From Obrimoposthia wandeli (taxonomy: Eukaryota), in assembly GCA_977020255.1 (NCBI GenBank), contig CDROCS010000506.1, forward strand, positions 2,976,001 to 3,040,000: a stretch of 64,000 nt of DNA, written 5' to 3'. Under the pieces are notes generated by a model that saw only the letters and a list, made by a program, of their open reading frames with translations, ran no database searches and was not told the origin of the DNA. The stretch's first letter is position 1. The number at the start of each line of letters is the position of its first letter. Shown piece after piece: positions 44,227 through 55,539 of this stretch. Position numbers and translations under genes: made by a program.

Positions 44227-44781
44227 ATGGGGATGCAAGAAAGAACGAGAATACAGGGCGTAACGCTCATTGACTTACTAATGGGGCTAGCCATTGTGTC
44301 GATATTGGCCGCGATTAGCTTACCTTCATGCCGTTATTATATAAATAAACATAAAATATTGGATCTGACTCGGCAACTTGTCGAATCGCTTTATGTGACC
44401 AAGCAGTTGGCTATAGTGAGGAACCAGGTACATTATTTAAATATGAGTTCGAGTACTAATGTCGGTAATCGTACCGGTAATAGTCATGCTCTCATTGTAA
44501 GCCAATCTTGCTGGGTTATTAGTGCTTCTCAGCACTGTCATTGTTCAATTACAACAAGCGCATGCCAGTCTCATTATGGCCGTACACTCAAGAATGTAAA
44601 TGCGATTTCGATGACGGCCAATCGCCCCAGTTTATCTTTTTCGCCTTTATTCGGAATGACGAACGGGGCGACCTATCAGCTTAGTTTAGAGGGATTTGTG
44701 ATTGCAGTGATCGTCAGTTCTCAGGGACGTATTCGAGCTTGTATGCTGAATGGTGAGAGTGCTAGTTATGCAGCCTGTTAA
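44227..44781 (+). CDS. FimT/GspH-like (PpdA-like) minor pilin
   Basis: Prepilin site QG|VTLIDLLMGLAIV; C-terminal VIVSSQGRIRAC. Confidence 0.75.
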   Translation: MGMQERTRIQGVTLIDLLMGLAIVSILAAISLPSCRYYINKHKILDLTRQLVESLYVTKQLAIVRNQVHYLNMSSSTNVGNRTGNSHALIVSQSCWVISASQHCHCSITTSACQSHYGRTLKNVNAISMTANRPSLSFSPLFGMTNGATYQLSLEGFVIAVIVSSQGRIRACMLNGESASYAAC

Positions 44782-45457
44782 GTCTACTTTACCTCCTCAA
44801 TATTATGTTCGAGGGTTTGGACTTGTTGAGGTGATGATATCAATGTCGCTAGCGGCAATTATCTTTACGGGGGCGTGGAAAATATTAGCGAACCAGCAGC
44901 TTTATAACACGCGTACTGAACAGCATTATTTAATTCAGCATGAAGCTAAACATTTACTGACCGTTATGCAGCGCGAGTTAAATCGGGCTGGATTCAATGC
45001 CAATGCGGGCGTTGTAAATCCATTTATCTATGTAGACCCAATTGACAGCAGCACCGATATATTTATCTTAAACAACAATCAAGATTGTATTACTTACCGT
45101 TATGATCGTAATGAAGATGGTATTTTTAGCAATGAGGACTTTGGCTTCCGGTTACATAATGAAGGTCTACAGTTACGCAAAGGCAGTAATGTCAGTTGTG
45201 ATGGCGGCTTAGGTTGGGAAATGATTTCTCAGGCGGAAAATATAGCAATAACGCAGTTACGATTTAGTGTGGTATCGAAAACGATGTCGCCAGTAATGTC
45301 GCCACTAGTTCCGGTAATAGTGCCAGTAATAGTGCCGGTAGCCATGCCGATAGTCATGAAGGGCATCATCACTATTACCATGAGTATTCGTCATCGTCAA
45401 TTGGCCGATGTTGAATTAGACTTTTCGCGTAACAGCAGCATGCGGGTTTTATTGTAA
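44768..45457 (+). CDS. PilW-like (PpdB-like) minor pilin
   Basis: RG|FGLVEVMI, MQRELNRAGF, DCITYRYDRNEDG. Confidence 0.78.
   Translation: MQPVKSTLPPQYYVRGFGLVEVMISMSLAAIIFTGAWKILANQQLYNTRTEQHYLIQHEAKHLLTVMQRELNRAGFNANAGVVNPFIYVDPIDSSTDIFILNNNQDCITYRYDRNEDGIFSNEDFGFRLHNEGLQLRKGSNVSCDGGLGWEMISQAENIAITQLRFSVVSKTMSPVMSPLVPVIVPVIVPVAMPIVMKGIITITMSIRHRQLADVELDFSRNSSMRVLL
45284..45355 (+). repeat. Degenerate 12-bp tandem repeat in the PilW-like gene
   Basis: ATGTCGCCAGTA ATGTCGCCACTA GTTCCGGTAATA GTGCCAGTAATA GTGCCGGTAGCC ATGCCGATAGTC, encoding MSPVMSPLVPVIVPVIVPVAMPIV. Confidence 0.7.
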
Positions 45458-45924
45458 TGGCTTACAAGCAATCATCCATGTTGGCGGCTCGTGGTTTTTA
45501 CTTAGTATCTACGACGCTCATTTTAATTTTTATTATACTCAATCTTAGCCTCTCCTTCGCGCATATCCAAGCGCAGCGGATCCAACGAAACGACCTTGAC
45601 CTCAATTATTTGAAAGCGAAAGTGACAGCAGAAAATGAATTAGATCTGTTTTATATTGTGCTTTATGAATCACCAGTGTTGCTGGACTTTGTGCCATCCT
45701 GTACTCACGTGACATTAGACTCGAATCAATTAGTCACTGCCAGTGACAAGATGCGCGAAGTCCAGTTGTCAGGATATTTTTATTTATGCTCGGAGCAAGG
45801 CGGTTATTTCAAGGTGTCGATAAGCTTAGCTTATAATGGTGTCGAGCAACTGATCCTCCAGCGTCGACTAATGACCATCTCTAAGCCTTGGGTTTGGTAT
45901 CCAATAACATTGTTGGGATTATAA
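45457..45924 (+). CDS. PilX-like minor pilin
   Basis: RG|FYLVSTT hydrophobic N-terminus lacking E5, as is typical of PilX/GspK; operon position. Confidence 0.55.
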   Translation: MAYKQSSMLAARGFYLVSTTLILIFIILNLSLSFAHIQAQRIQRNDLDLNYLKAKVTAENELDLFYIVLYESPVLLDFVPSCTHVTLDSNQLVTASDKMREVQLSGYFYLCSEQGGYFKVSISLAYNGVEQLILQRRLMTISKPWVWYPITLLGL

Positions 45925-46374
45925 ATGGGCTTTCGTCAATGCATCCCACAAGCCGGTGGAAGCTTAATAGAAGTCATTATCTGCGCATTCATGTTAAGCC
46001 TGTCGTTATTTAATATCACCGCACTCAAACTTATACAGGCTCATATTGAGTTACAGCAATCGCAATATACAGCGGCGTGGTCGTTGATGGCTGACAAGTT
46101 AACTGAATTACGCTATTTAACCGATTCGGCTGATGAGTTTACCCAGCTATCAACAAATAAAGGGGGCTTGATGGCGGCTGGCGATACGCATTATGATCAA
46201 TATCACTTTGATGTTAGCTGGCAAGTGAATGTGACAAGCACGTCGATAACGAATAGCACGTTGCCGATTTTATCGAAGCAGGTAGTTGTTAAGATTCGCT
46301 GGAATGATAGAGGCAGTACCGCCCATGAAATTATCAGCAGAACTACTTTTAATGAAGGTATTATCACTAAGTAA
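45925..46374 (+). CDS. PilV-like (PpdC-like) minor pilin
   Basis: QAG|GSLIEVII; C-terminal KQVVVKIRW. Confidence 0.7.
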   Translation: MGFRQCIPQAGGSLIEVIICAFMLSLSLFNITALKLIQAHIELQQSQYTAAWSLMADKLTELRYLTDSADEFTQLSTNKGGLMAAGDTHYDQYHFDVSWQVNVTSTSITNSTLPILSKQVVVKIRWNDRGSTAHEIISRTTFNEGIITK

Positions 46375-46524
46375 CTCCGATGGGGTAGATATGTAAACTG
46401 CATTTTGTAGTTAATTTAATATTTATTGTGGTTTTGTGATGAATCGCTAATATTTAATGTTATATCGTTCAGTTAATTTGGTATTATCCCGCCTTTATTG
46501 GTGTTTATGGATATAGGAAGTGAT

Positions 46525-47739
46525 ATGGGTAGTAAAGTAGCAAAGCTTTTTCAACTGAGTTTGGTTAAGCAGATCATGATTAGTATTATTGCGGGTATCG
46601 CGTTAGCGTATGCAGCCCCTAGTATTGCGATCGAAGCGAGTTTATTTGGTGGATTATTTGTTAGTGCGTTGAAAGCGATCGCACCTTTATTAGTATTTGT
46701 ATTAGTGATCTCTGCAATTGCAAATCAAGCGTCTAATACGAATGCTAATATACGTCCGATTGTGACCTTGTATTTATTAGGTACCTTTGCCGCTGCGGTT
46801 GTCGCAGTTAGCTTAAGTTTCTTATTTCCTGTACAGCTTACCTTAGTTACAGAAGCGGCAACTAATTCAGCGCCGAGTAATATTACTGAAGTATTGCGTA
46901 ACTTGATCTACCAGGTTGTTGATAACCCAATTAATGCCATTGTAACCAGTAACTTTATTGGTGTACTAACATGGGGTATTGGTTTTGGTGCAGCACTAAA
47001 GCATTCATCTCCTACAACAAAACAAGTGATCAAAGACATTGCTGATGGCGTATCGAAAATCGTACACGTTGTTATTCGTTTTGCACCGCTTGGTATCTTT
47101 GGTTTAGTTGCATCAACATTTGCAACGGTTGGTTTCTCGGCAATGGTAAGTTATACCCATCTGTTAGCAGTATTGTTAACGTCGATGGCTGTTGTTGCAT
47201 TAGTGATTAACCCAATTATTTTGTTCGTGATGTCACGTCAAAATCCATATCCACTTATTTTCCAGTGCTTACGTGAAAGTGGTATCACTGCCTTCTTTAC
47301 GCGTTCATCTGCAGCAAATATCCCAGTAAACATGGAACTGTGTAAAAAACTAAATCTACACAAAGATACTTACTCGGTATCAATTCCATTAGGCGCAACG
47401 GTTAATATGGGTGGTGCAGCAATTACTATCACAGTATTAACACTTGCAGCTGTGAATACCTTGGGTATTGCAGTCGATTTACCTACAGCATTATTACTGA
47501 GCTTAATTGCGGCAATTTCTGCATGTGGCGCATCTGGTGTTGCTGGCGGTTCATTATTGTTAATCCCATTAGCATGTAGCTTATTTGGTATTGATAATGA
47601 TATTGCAATGCAAGTTGTAGCGACTGGTTTCATTATTGGTGTATTACAAGATTCAGCTGAAACGGCGTTAAATAGCTCTACAGACGTGGTGTTTACTGCT
47701 GCTGTAAGTCATGCCTACGAAAGAAAAGCTGACGTATAA
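46525..47739 (+). CDS. sstT: Serine/threonine:Na+ symporter
   Basis: [45 protein letters not shown]; AGGAAG RBS before ATG 46525. Confidence 0.93.
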   Translation: MGSKVAKLFQLSLVKQIMISIIAGIALAYAAPSIAIEASLFGGLFVSALKAIAPLLVFVLVISAIANQASNTNANIRPIVTLYLLGTFAAAVVAVSLSFLFPVQLTLVTEAATNSAPSNITEVLRNLIYQVVDNPINAIVTSNFIGVLTWGIGFGAALKHSSPTTKQVIKDIADGVSKIVHVVIRFAPLGIFGLVASTFATVGFSAMVSYTHLLAVLLTSMAVVALVINPIILFVMSRQNPYPLIFQCLRESGITAFFTRSSAANIPVNMELCKKLNLHKDTYSVSIPLGATVNMGGAAITITVLTLAAVNTLGIAVDLPTALLLSLIAAISACGASGVAGGSLLLIPLACSLFGIDNDIAMQVVATGFIIGVLQDSAETALNSSTDVVFTAAVSHAYERKADV

Positions 47740-47833
47740 AGGTAATCAACTCCTCTGACTTGTTGTAAGCGGAGAGTGATATAAATTAACCTTTATAAGT
47801 TAAGTAAAGACGTTAAGTTAAAAAAGTTAATTG

Positions 47834-47868
47834 AAAGCAGCCTGTTAGCAATAGCAGGCTGCTTTTTT
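47834..47868 (+). terminator. sstT terminator
   Basis: AAAGCAGCCTGTTA..TAGCAGGCTGCTTT plus T tract. Confidence 0.8.
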
Positions 47869-48076
47869 ATTGGTTGATTTTAACGCAGTATTTTCGGGTA
47901 TTTTTAAATACGTAACAATGAGTAACAAAATACGAAATTAACCTGACACTTGTTACCCGGATGTTATACTCATTTACAATTCGGATTACCGAAATTTTAA
48001 TAGACTGAAACATTACCCATAGGTTTAATATAAAAAGATAGATTTTTGTATAAAACGCGGAAAAAGGAAGAGACAA

Positions 48077-49087
48077 ATGTTCGACTTTAGAAGTGATACG
48101 GTCACACAACCAACGGCAGCAATGCGTAATGCGATGGCAACGGCAGTTGTGGGTGATGATGTTTATGGTGATGATCCGACAGTGAATAAACTGGAAGAAA
48201 TGGCTGCTGAACGTTATGGATTTGATGCTGCTATCTTCTGTTCGTCAGGCACTCAAGCGAATTTGTTAGCTATCATGGCGCATTGCCAACGCGGTGATGA
48301 ATATATTTGTGGTCAAAATGCCCATAATTATCGTTGGGAAGGCGGCGGTGCAGCAGTGCTTGGTAGTGTGCAACCACAACCGATTGCTAATGAGGCCGAT
48401 GGTAGTATTTGTCTACAAGCTATCCGAGACAATATTAAACCTGATGATGATCATCACGCCAGAACGACATTATTGTCATTAGAAAATACCATTGGCGGTA
48501 AAGTATTACCGCTTGAATATTTAGCGCAAGCTCAGGCTCTAGCATTCGAACATGGATTACGTATTCATCTTGATGGCGCTCGGGTGTTTAATGCCGCAGT
48601 TAAATTGAATGTAGATGCTAGTGAAATTACTCAGTATTTCGATTCGGCATCGATTTGTTTATCGAAAGGTCTTGCTGCGCCAGTAGGTTCATTATTATTG
48701 GGTAGTGAAGCATTGATTCGCAGTGCCAGACGTTGGCGTAAAATGCTTGGCGGCGGTATGCGTCAAGCGGGTATTTTAGCTGCAGCAGGTATTTTAGCGC
48801 TTGACGAGCAAGTTGAAAAATTGGCTGTTGATCATGACAATGCCCAATACTTAGCGCAGCAATTATTGACGCTACCAGAATTTAGTTTCGATTTAGACAG
48901 TGTACAAACGAATATGATTTTTACCCAATACACAGGTAAAGATGGCAAAGCACTTGCGGCATACTTACGAACTAAAGGCATTATTATTAGTGCCAGTAAT
49001 GCAATCCGCTTTGTGGTACACCAAGATATTACAGTTGACGCAATCGACTTATTAATTGCAGAGATTAAGCATTTTCATACGATGTAA
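48077..49087 (+). CDS. ltaE: Low-specificity L-threonine aldolase
   Basis: MFDFRSDTVT, SGTQAN, HLDGAR, CLSKGLAAPVGS. Confidence 0.93.
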   Translation: MFDFRSDTVTQPTAAMRNAMATAVVGDDVYGDDPTVNKLEEMAAERYGFDAAIFCSSGTQANLLAIMAHCQRGDEYICGQNAHNYRWEGGGAAVLGSVQPQPIANEADGSICLQAIRDNIKPDDDHHARTTLLSLENTIGGKVLPLEYLAQAQALAFEHGLRIHLDGARVFNAAVKLNVDASEITQYFDSASICLSKGLAAPVGSLLLGSEALIRSARRWRKMLGGGMRQAGILAAAGILALDEQVEKLAVDHDNAQYLAQQLLTLPEFSFDLDSVQTNMIFTQYTGKDGKALAAYLRTKGIIISASNAIRFVVHQDITVDAIDLLIAEIKHFHTM

Positions 49088-49161
49088 AATAAAGCCTTAT
49101 TTTGTGTAAAATAAGGCGGATAAATTATAATTATAATAAATAAGGTAATGTCGGAGTTAGC

Positions 49162-49614
49162 ATGACAGATAAAACAACAGCAGTAGAAAATAACCAGAAA
49201 GCGTCATCAGACAAATCTCGCATCCCTACGGGTAGTTTGATTTTACGTACGTTAGCAATGCCTGCTGATACCAATGCCAATGGTGATATCTTTGGTGGTT
49301 GGATCATGTCACAAATGGATATTGCAGGTGGTATTTTAGCGAAAGAGATCGCCCAAGGTAGGGTAGCTACTATTTCGGTCGATGGTATGACGTTCCACCA
49401 ACCTGTCAGCGTGGGTGATGTGGTTTGCTGTTATGGCTCATGTTCACGCATTGGTAATTCATCAATGACGATCAAGCTAGAAATCTGGGTTAAACCTGTG
49501 ATTAATGCACCGAAATTTAACTTCCGTTATATCGTTACTGAAGCAACATTCACGTATGTTGCAATTGATGATACTGGTAAGTCACGTCGTATTGAGCGTA
49601 CGTGTGAAGTCTAA
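49162..49614 (+). CDS. yciA: Acyl-CoA thioesterase, hotdog fold
   Basis: LRTLAMPADTNANGDIFGGWIMSQMD. Confidence 0.9.
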   Translation: MTDKTTAVENNQKASSDKSRIPTGSLILRTLAMPADTNANGDIFGGWIMSQMDIAGGILAKEIAQGRVATISVDGMTFHQPVSVGDVVCCYGSCSRIGNSSMTIKLEIWVKPVINAPKFNFRYIVTEATFTYVAIDDTGKSRRIERTCEV

Positions 49615-49863
49615 GTAGTTTTGTTGGTGGCTTGTATCGACATTGTTGATGCTAAGTCGCCATTTTTTATAGCCCCTATTTTTCACTCTTCATTTTATAC
49701 TTTCTATTTCATAACCCTCTATTGTTATATTGTAGCTATATTTTTACTCCTCCATTTTTATGTCAGCCTTCTCCTGTAAGTACCTAATTTTAATTAGTTA
49801 ATACTTTTTTTTAGTTTTTTTAATTTTAAACAAATGATTTAAAAATAGCGGTTAAATAATATT

Positions 49864-49880
49864 AACTGGTCCGACCTTGC
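49864..49880. promoter_or_regulatory. Candidate fatty-acid FadR operator upstream of the RpoS-like sigma gene
   Basis: AACTGGTCCGACCTTGC; first 13 positions match the consensus AACTGGTCNGACCAGTT. Confidence 0.5.
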
Positions 49881-50099
49881 TTGGTTTTATCTGTTTTTAT
49901 TACTAACCTAAGAATGTTGCTGTTTTTTTTAATAATTTGTGATGAAGACCTGTCCAAAATTGAATTCCCGACTAACCTTATCTCTACTGAATTATATTTT
50001 GATAAAAATTTGTTTCTAGTTAGTTTTATAGTTGTTGCTAGGTATGTTTAATTTGTAAGCGTGGTTTCGAATGGAGAGACTCGCTTAGGAGATAGAAAA

Positions 50100-50954
50100 A
50101 TGGAATTATCTAACGAGTCGAATGCACTAGACGTATACATGTATCAAGTAAACCGAAGCAGTAAATTATTAACTAAGGAAGAAGAATACGAAACTGCAAT
50201 GGCGTCCAATGAAGGCGATGAAAAAGCCAGAAAACGTATGATCCAATCTAACTTGCGTTTAGTGATTAATATCGCCAAGCGCTATCAGCATACCTCTTTG
50301 CCACTCGTAGATATCATCCAAGAAGGAAATACCGGATTAATTCATGCTGTTGAAAAATTTGATGCGACCAAAGGTTTTCGTTTTTCAACCTATGCAGTGT
50401 GGTGGATAAAAAATAATATCGAACGCTTTATTATGAATCAGTCTCGTACTATTCGTGTGCCGATTCATATTGGTAAAGTATATAAACGCATTTTAAAAAC
50501 AGCACGTGAACAAGAATTAGACTTACAATGTACTCATGATGTGATGGCATTGGCAGAATTTTTGGAAATGCAGTACGAACAAGTTACTGAAGTGTTATCC
50601 TATTATTTCAATGAAGCGAGTTTAGATAAAACCATTGTTACTGATCGAGACTCGAGTACTGCGTTAGTTGACATGCTAGAAGATTATTCTATCTGTAAAC
50701 CTAACGATGAGCTCGAAGATGCCGATACTTTATGTTATTTAAGTGAAGTATTAGGGCACTTATCAGAACGTGATAGAAAAATCATTGAATTGAGGTTCGG
50801 ACTCGGTGAAGAAGACCCACTGACACTGCATGTGATTGGTGAACGTTTATCTATGTCGAGAGAACGGATCCGCCAAATTATTAATTTAAGTTTACAGAAA
50901 ATTCAGCCTGAGTTATTGCAAAATACAGTACAAAAACAAGATTACCTGAATTAA
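50100..50954 (+). CDS. RpoS-like (group 2) sigma-70 factor, not in nlpD-rpoS context
   Basis: MIQSNLRLVINIAKRY, QEGNTGLIHAVEKFD..GFRFSTYAVWWI, RTIRVPIH, region-4 HTH SRERIRQI; AGGAGA RBS at 50087-50092. Confidence 0.9.
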   Translation: MELSNESNALDVYMYQVNRSSKLLTKEEEYETAMASNEGDEKARKRMIQSNLRLVINIAKRYQHTSLPLVDIIQEGNTGLIHAVEKFDATKGFRFSTYAVWWIKNNIERFIMNQSRTIRVPIHIGKVYKRILKTAREQELDLQCTHDVMALAEFLEMQYEQVTEVLSYYFNEASLDKTIVTDRDSSTALVDMLEDYSICKPNDELEDADTLCYLSEVLGHLSERDRKIIELRFGLGEEDPLTLHVIGERLSMSRERIRQIINLSLQKIQPELLQNTVQKQDYLN

Positions 50955-51142
50955 ATAAGCGTCCTCAGAACACCTGATTTTCTGTATATGTAAAAAGGAA
51001 TATATTTTCAGCTATTATCGTTATCTTTAGTTTTTTTCTTTAGATTATGATAGCTTAGCCGAGTATATTCCTTCGTCATTTTAGCCCGTCCAGTAGTTAC
51101 GTCTGGTAACATACTGCACTCTTTCATATATATGAGATATCA

Positions 51143-52831
51143 ATGAGCACAACAAATCGTCCTCTGTATTTACCCTACGCTGGCTCTGCATTATTAGAAA
51201 CACCTTTATTAAATAAAGGCAGTGGTTTTAGTGCTATTGAGCGCCAAAGTTTTAACCTTACGGGATTAATCCCGCCGATGGTTGAATCTATCCAAGAACA
51301 ATCTGAACGTGCATATAAGCAATTCTGTGGTTTTGAAAGTGCGATGGATAAACACGTTTATTTACGTAACATCCAAGATACTAATGAAACATTGTTTTAC
51401 CGTTTAGTTGATAATCATCTTGAAGAGATGATGCCAATCATTTATACCCCTACGGTTGGTGCTGCTTGTCAGCAATTCTCAGATATCTACCGTCGTGCTC
51501 GCGGTTTATTTATCTCTTACCCTGAACGTGAAAACATCGACGACATTCTACATAACGTAAACAAGCAGAATGTAAAAGTGATCGTAGTAACGGATGGCGA
51601 GCGTATTCTTGGTCTTGGTGACCAAGGTATCGGTGGCATGGGTATCCCAATTGGTAAGCTATCTCTTTATACTTCGTGTGGTGGTATTAGCCCGGCGAAC
51701 TGTTTACCTATCGTATTAGATGTAGGTACCAATAACGAGAAACTACTGCAAGATCCTATGTATATGGGTTGGCGTAAGCCGCGTATTGACCAAGATAAAT
51801 ATAATGAATTTTTAGATTTGTTTATTGACGCTGTAAAACGTCGCTGGCCAAATGTATTGTTGCAGTTTGAAGATTTCGCTCAACAAAATGCAATGCCATT
51901 ATTACAACGCTATAAAGATCAAATTTGTTGTTTTAATGATGATATTCAAGGTACAGCCGCTGTTACATTAGGTAGCTTAATGGCTGCTTGTCGCGCTGCA
52001 AAAACCAAATTAAGTGAACAAAAAGTTACTTTCTTAGGTGCTGGTTCGGCTGGTTGTGGTATCGCCGAGCAAATTGTTGCACAGATGAAATCTGAAGGTT
52101 TATCTGATAGCCAAGCTCGTGCGCGTGTATTCATGGTTGACCGTTTTGGTGTGTTAACAGACAAGATGCCAAACTTATTAGATTTCCAACAGAAACTAGT
52201 ACAGCATCAAGGCTTACGTGACGAATGGAACATCGACAGCGATGTTATTTCATTATTGGATGTGATGGTACATGCAAAACCGTCAATCCTAATTGGTGTA
52301 TCAGGACAGCCTGGTTTATTCACAGAACAAGTGATTAAAGCGATGGCAGCGAATACTGAACGCCCAATCGTCTTCCCGCTAAGTAACCCTACTTCACGTG
52401 TTGAAGCAACACCACAAGATATTATTCGCTGGACTGAAGGCCGTGCACTTGTTGCCACTGGTAGCCCGTTCCCACCAGTGAGCTATGGTGATGATTTGAT
52501 CACGATTGCACAGTGTAATAATAGCTACATCTTCCCTGGTATTGGCTTAGGTGTACTTGCTGCTGAAGCAACGCGTATTACTAATGCTATGTTGATGGCT
52601 GCAAGTCGTGCATTAGCAGATTGCTCGCCGTTAGGTCGTGATGGACATGGTCCATTATTACCGCCACTAACAGATATTCACTCTGTGAGTAAAGAAATTG
52701 CTTTTTGGGTAGCAAAAACAGCACAACTGCAAGGCGTAGCACTACAAACATCTGATGATGTTATCCGCCAAAATATTGAAAAGAATTTCTGGACACCAGA
52801 ATATCGTGAATATAAGCGTGTAGCTAACTAG
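51143..52831 (+). CDS. maeA: NAD-dependent malic enzyme
   Basis: [40 protein letters not shown]. Confidence 0.95.
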   Translation: MSTTNRPLYLPYAGSALLETPLLNKGSGFSAIERQSFNLTGLIPPMVESIQEQSERAYKQFCGFESAMDKHVYLRNIQDTNETLFYRLVDNHLEEMMPIIYTPTVGAACQQFSDIYRRARGLFISYPERENIDDILHNVNKQNVKVIVVTDGERILGLGDQGIGGMGIPIGKLSLYTSCGGISPANCLPIVLDVGTNNEKLLQDPMYMGWRKPRIDQDKYNEFLDLFIDAVKRRWPNVLLQFEDFAQQNAMPLLQRYKDQICCFNDDIQGTAAVTLGSLMAACRAAKTKLSEQKVTFLGAGSAGCGIAEQIVAQMKSEGLSDSQARARVFMVDRFGVLTDKMPNLLDFQQKLVQHQGLRDEWNIDSDVISLLDVMVHAKPSILIGVSGQPGLFTEQVIKAMAANTERPIVFPLSNPTSRVEATPQDIIRWTEGRALVATGSPFPPVSYGDDLITIAQCNNSYIFPGIGLGVLAAEATRITNAMLMAASRALADCSPLGRDGHGPLLPPLTDIHSVSKEIAFWVAKTAQLQGVALQTSDDVIRQNIEKNFWTPEYREYKRVAN

Positions 52832-52883
52832 TTAATACCCCTAAGTAAATAATGCGTTAAGGTGTTTTATCCTGACACTCAAC

Positions 52884-52912
52884 AAAACCAGCTATTTTAG
52901 CTGGTTTTTTTT
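52884..52912 (+). terminator. maeA terminator
   Basis: AAAACCAGCTA-TTT-TAGCTGGTTTT plus T tract. Confidence 0.8.
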
Positions 52913-53071
52913 ATCGCTTTTACTGGCTATATGTTGCAATAAGTAGTGCTGAGTAACAATTCTGCAAAAATAGTTGTGTATTTAGCATATATATCTGGCT
53001 TGAATAGCTATGTTTAGTAGAATGCGTGGCGTTTCCATATCAAATCGATATTAACCTTAGGAGTTGGCCGG

Positions 53072-54262
53072 ATGACCACATCATTTTATTCGCAAATTCA
53101 ATCTCAGCTAGTACAAACTAAAGCTGATGGCCTTTACAAAAACGAGCGAGTAATCACTTCTGCCCAAAATGCCAACATTCAAGTGGCTGGCAATGAAGTT
53201 GTTAACTTCTGTGCGAATAACTACTTAGGTTTAGCTAACCACGCTGATCTTATTGCAGCGGCACAGTCTGGTTTAGATAGCCACGGTTTTGGTATGGCGT
53301 CAGTACGCTTTATCTGTGGTACTCAAGACAAACATAAAGAATTAGAAAGCAAGATCAGTACTTTCCTAGGTATGGAAGATACTATTTTGTATACATCATG
53401 TTTTGATGCAAACACAGGTTTGTTCGAAACAATACTTGGCGCTGAAGATGCAATCATCTCAGACGAACTTAACCATGCATCTATTATTGATGGTGTACGT
53501 TTATGTAAAGCCAAACGTTTTCGTTATAAAAATAACGACATGGCTTCATTAGAAGAACAACTGATTGCTGCAGACGCTGCTGGCGTGCGCCACAAGTTAA
53601 TTGCAACTGACGGTGTATTCTCAATGGATGGCGTAATCGCTAACCTTGAAGGTGTTTGTGATCTTGCAGACAAGTACAACGCATTAGTGATGGTTGATGA
53701 TTCTCACGCTGTGGGTTTTGTTGGTGAAGGCGGTCGTGGTACCCCTGAACATTGTGGCGTTATGGACCGTGTTGACATCATCACAGGTACATTAGGTAAA
53801 GCACTTGGTGGCGCATCAGGCGGTTACACATCGGCTAAAAAAGAAGTTGTTGATTGGTTACGTCAGCGTTCACGCCCGTACTTATTCTCTAATTCTGTTG
53901 CACCTGCAATCGTTGCAGCATCTATTCGTGTAATCGACATGATGGAAGAAGGTCATGAACTACGTATTAAAGTAAAAGCAAACGCAGAACATTTCCGTAA
54001 AGAAATGAGCGCAGCTGGTTTTACACTTGCTGGTGCAGACCACGCAATCGTACCTGTTATGATTGGCGATGCAGCACTTGCAGCTGAAATGTCTGAGCGT
54101 TTACTTGCTGAAGGCATCTACGTAATTGGTTTCTCTTTCCCTGTGGTACCACATGGTAAAGCCCGTATTCGTACGCAAATGTCAGCAGCGCACAGCGTAG
54201 AACAAATTGATATTGCGATTGCCGCATTTACCCGTATCGGTAAAGACTTAGGCATTATCTAA
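53072..54262 (+). CDS. kbl: 2-amino-3-ketobutyrate CoA ligase
   Basis: [38 protein letters not shown]. Confidence 0.96.
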   Translation: MTTSFYSQIQSQLVQTKADGLYKNERVITSAQNANIQVAGNEVVNFCANNYLGLANHADLIAAAQSGLDSHGFGMASVRFICGTQDKHKELESKISTFLGMEDTILYTSCFDANTGLFETILGAEDAIISDELNHASIIDGVRLCKAKRFRYKNNDMASLEEQLIAADAAGVRHKLIATDGVFSMDGVIANLEGVCDLADKYNALVMVDDSHAVGFVGEGGRGTPEHCGVMDRVDIITGTLGKALGGASGGYTSAKKEVVDWLRQRSRPYLFSNSVAPAIVAASIRVIDMMEEGHELRIKVKANAEHFRKEMSAAGFTLAGADHAIVPVMIGDAALAAEMSERLLAEGIYVIGFSFPVVPHGKARIRTQMSAAHSVEQIDIAIAAFTRIGKDLGII

Positions 54263-54333
54263 AGAAACAATTAATTAAGCGTCAAGAGTGTGACTCTGAC
54301 GCTTAATATTATCGATAAAAGTGGATTAAAAAA

Positions 54334-55359
54334 ATGAAAGCATTAGCAAAGTTAAAGCCGGAACCAGGTATTTGGATGACAGATGTTGAAGAGCCAACGC
54401 TTGGACACAATGACCTGTTAATCAAAATTCGTAAAACTGCAATTTGCGGTACAGACATCCATATCTACAACTGGGATGAATGGTCACAAAAAACGATTCC
54501 AGTACCTATGGTTGTTGGTCATGAATATGTGGGCGAAGTTGTTGGTATTGGCCAAGAAGTACGTGGTTTCAGCATCGGCGACCGTGTTTCTGGTGAAGGT
54601 CACATCACATGTGGTCACTGTCGTAACTGTCGTGCAGGCCGCACACACTTATGCCGTAACACCACTGGTGTTGGTGTTAACCGTGAAGGTGCATTTGCTG
54701 AGTTATTAGTGATCCCTGCATTTAACGCATTCAAACTACCAGATGATGTTTCTGATGACATGGCTGCTATCTTTGACCCGTTTGGTAACGCTGTACACAC
54801 AGCATTATCATTTGACGTTGTTGGTGAAGATGTACTAATCACTGGCGCTGGTCCAATTGGCATCATGGCTGCTGCAGTATGTAAGCACGTTGGCGCACGT
54901 AATGTTGTGATCACAGACGTAAACGAATACCGCTTAGACCTAGCACGCCAAATGGGTGTTACTCGCGCTGTAAACGTTATGACTGAATCACTTCAAGATG
55001 TAATGGACGATCTTAAAATGACTGAAGGCTTCGATGTTGGTCTTGAAATGTCAGGCGTACCATCTGCATTTAGCGATATGCTAGACAAGATGAACCATGG
55101 CGGTAAAGTTGCTATGCTAGGTATTCCACCAAGCACAATGAACATCGATTGGGGCAATGTTATCTTTAAAGGTCTAGTAATTAAAGGTATCTACGGTCGT
55201 GAAATGTTTGAAACTTGGTATAAAATGGCTGCATTAATCCAGTCAGGTTTAGACCTAACACCAATCATTACGCATCACTACCCAATTGATCAATTCCAAG
55301 AAGGTTTTGATATTATGCGTTCAGGTATGTCAGGTAAAGTTATCCTCGACTGGGCATAA
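54334..55359 (+). CDS. tdh: L-threonine 3-dehydrogenase
   Basis: ICGTDIH, GHEYVG, CGHCRNC, GAGPIG. Confidence 0.97.
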   Translation: MKALAKLKPEPGIWMTDVEEPTLGHNDLLIKIRKTAICGTDIHIYNWDEWSQKTIPVPMVVGHEYVGEVVGIGQEVRGFSIGDRVSGEGHITCGHCRNCRAGRTHLCRNTTGVGVNREGAFAELLVIPAFNAFKLPDDVSDDMAAIFDPFGNAVHTALSFDVVGEDVLITGAGPIGIMAAAVCKHVGARNVVITDVNEYRLDLARQMGVTRAVNVMTESLQDVMDDLKMTEGFDVGLEMSGVPSAFSDMLDKMNHGGKVAMLGIPPSTMNIDWGNVIFKGLVIKGIYGREMFETWYKMAALIQSGLDLTPIITHHYPIDQFQEGFDIMRSGMSGKVILDWA

Positions 55360-55389
55360 TATAACGCTAATCACCTAGATTAACGCTGG

Positions 55390-55426
55390 AAGGGTAAGTC
55401 TGAGATAATCAGGCTTACCCTTTTTT
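55390..55426 (+). terminator. kbl-tdh terminator
   Basis: AAGGGTAAGTCTGA..TCAGGCTTACCCTT plus T tract. Confidence 0.8.
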
Positions 55427-55539
55427 ATTGTCTTTAATATGCTTATCTTTATAAAACAGGATTATATTTTGGGTAAATACCCTGATGACGATGTTATAAT
55501 ATAACACTGTGCTTTATTTAGAGTGAATAGTAATTACCA

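Noticed and set aside
49867-49881. Sigma-54 promoter (TGGTCCGACCTTGC) for the orphan sigma gene
   Set aside because: GG-to-GC spacing is 9 nt rather than the required 10; the FadR-box reading fits better.
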